This document shows positions 63,468-64,000 of a stretch of DNA of 64,000 nt, piece by piece. Origin of the DNA: Lytechinus pictus (Eukaryota); the NCBI RefSeq assembly GCF_037042905.1, contig NC_087246.1, positions 6,574,001 to 6,638,000 on the forward strand, written 5' to 3'. The notes beneath the pieces were generated by a model. That model saw nothing but the letters and a program-made list of their open reading frames with translations, was not told the DNA's origin and did no database searches. The first letter of the stretch is position 1. The number at the start of each line of letters is the position of its first letter. The translations under genes and the position numbers were made by a program.

Positions 63468-64000
63468 AATTTTGTAAGATTCCATACACCAAATACCAAT
63501 TTCCTGTAAGATTACGCAATCTGGTAAGATTACAGGTGTTCTCGAGACTCTGCTGCAGGAACTTCTTATATTTTAAGGATAATTTTTTTAACAGTGTAGG
63601 CTTATTAAATTAATTAATAAGATATTAATTCAAAAAATATATTGGGTTTTTCAGAATGGAATATCGACAAGTTTCATCTCACTCTTAGGAAGAGGAATGG
63701 GAAGATAGTCATCATTTTCATATAATAACAAAGTGTCCGTAGAATGTCCCGTTCGTATGTCAAAACTCAAAGCAATAATAATGAAAAATATCAGCTCTAT
63801 GTTATTAAAAAGTAAAGTACGATCCATATCCGCCTCATAATTTTCCTACAAAGTGCTTGAAATATACAGCTTAAATTGAACCTTTTAAAGATCAAAATAT
63901 CAAATATTTTAAGCTCGTGCTTCGCGCTCGTTTTAGTTATTTTCATGATAATGCCCAGATTTGAGGTTTAAATCTGAAACACACGCGTGCATGTTTATTC

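Larger units (their letters stand above)
61699..63596. mobile_element. Non-autonomous DNA transposon with CACTG termini (CACTA/EnSpm-like), split by the LINE
   Basis: TIR CACTGTTAAAAAA at 61699 and TTTTTTAACAGTG ending 63596, with TA on both sides. Confidence 0.75.
60997..64000. mobile_element. MITE-like element with GCTCGCGCTTCGCGCTCGC units, host of the CACTG element and LINE; right end probably outside the window
   Basis: Begins CATAGACGGATCCAGGGG. The motif recurs at ~61188, 61393 and 61505 and resumes at ~63913 after the nested inserts. Confidence 0.55.

Overview
AT-rich, gene-poor eukaryotic (animal) genomic DNA. The repeat types resemble those I associate with sea urchins, but the organism is an inference. 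One protein-coding gene is well supported: a five-exon, minus-strand GH13 animal-type alpha-amylase (58777->51374, 1737 nt including stop, 578 aa). All its GT-AG junctions match in phase and the catalytic and chloride-binding motifs are intact. It carries an unusual ~95-aa N-terminal extension and a shortened domain-B loop. The rest of the window is repeats: a 2.7-kb 63-bp minisatellite (source of the two spurious >700-aa ORFs), a 5'-truncated CR1/L2-group LINE, a decayed Tc1/mariner (DD41D-like) element, a Helentron-associated element, tRNA-derived SINEs and many MITEs, several of them nested. A probable promoter/first-exon region lies at about 0.8-1.6 kb. I found no CRISPR array, rRNA or intact tRNA, and no clearly new multi-gene system. 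Family names are from motif recognition only; no database searches were run.
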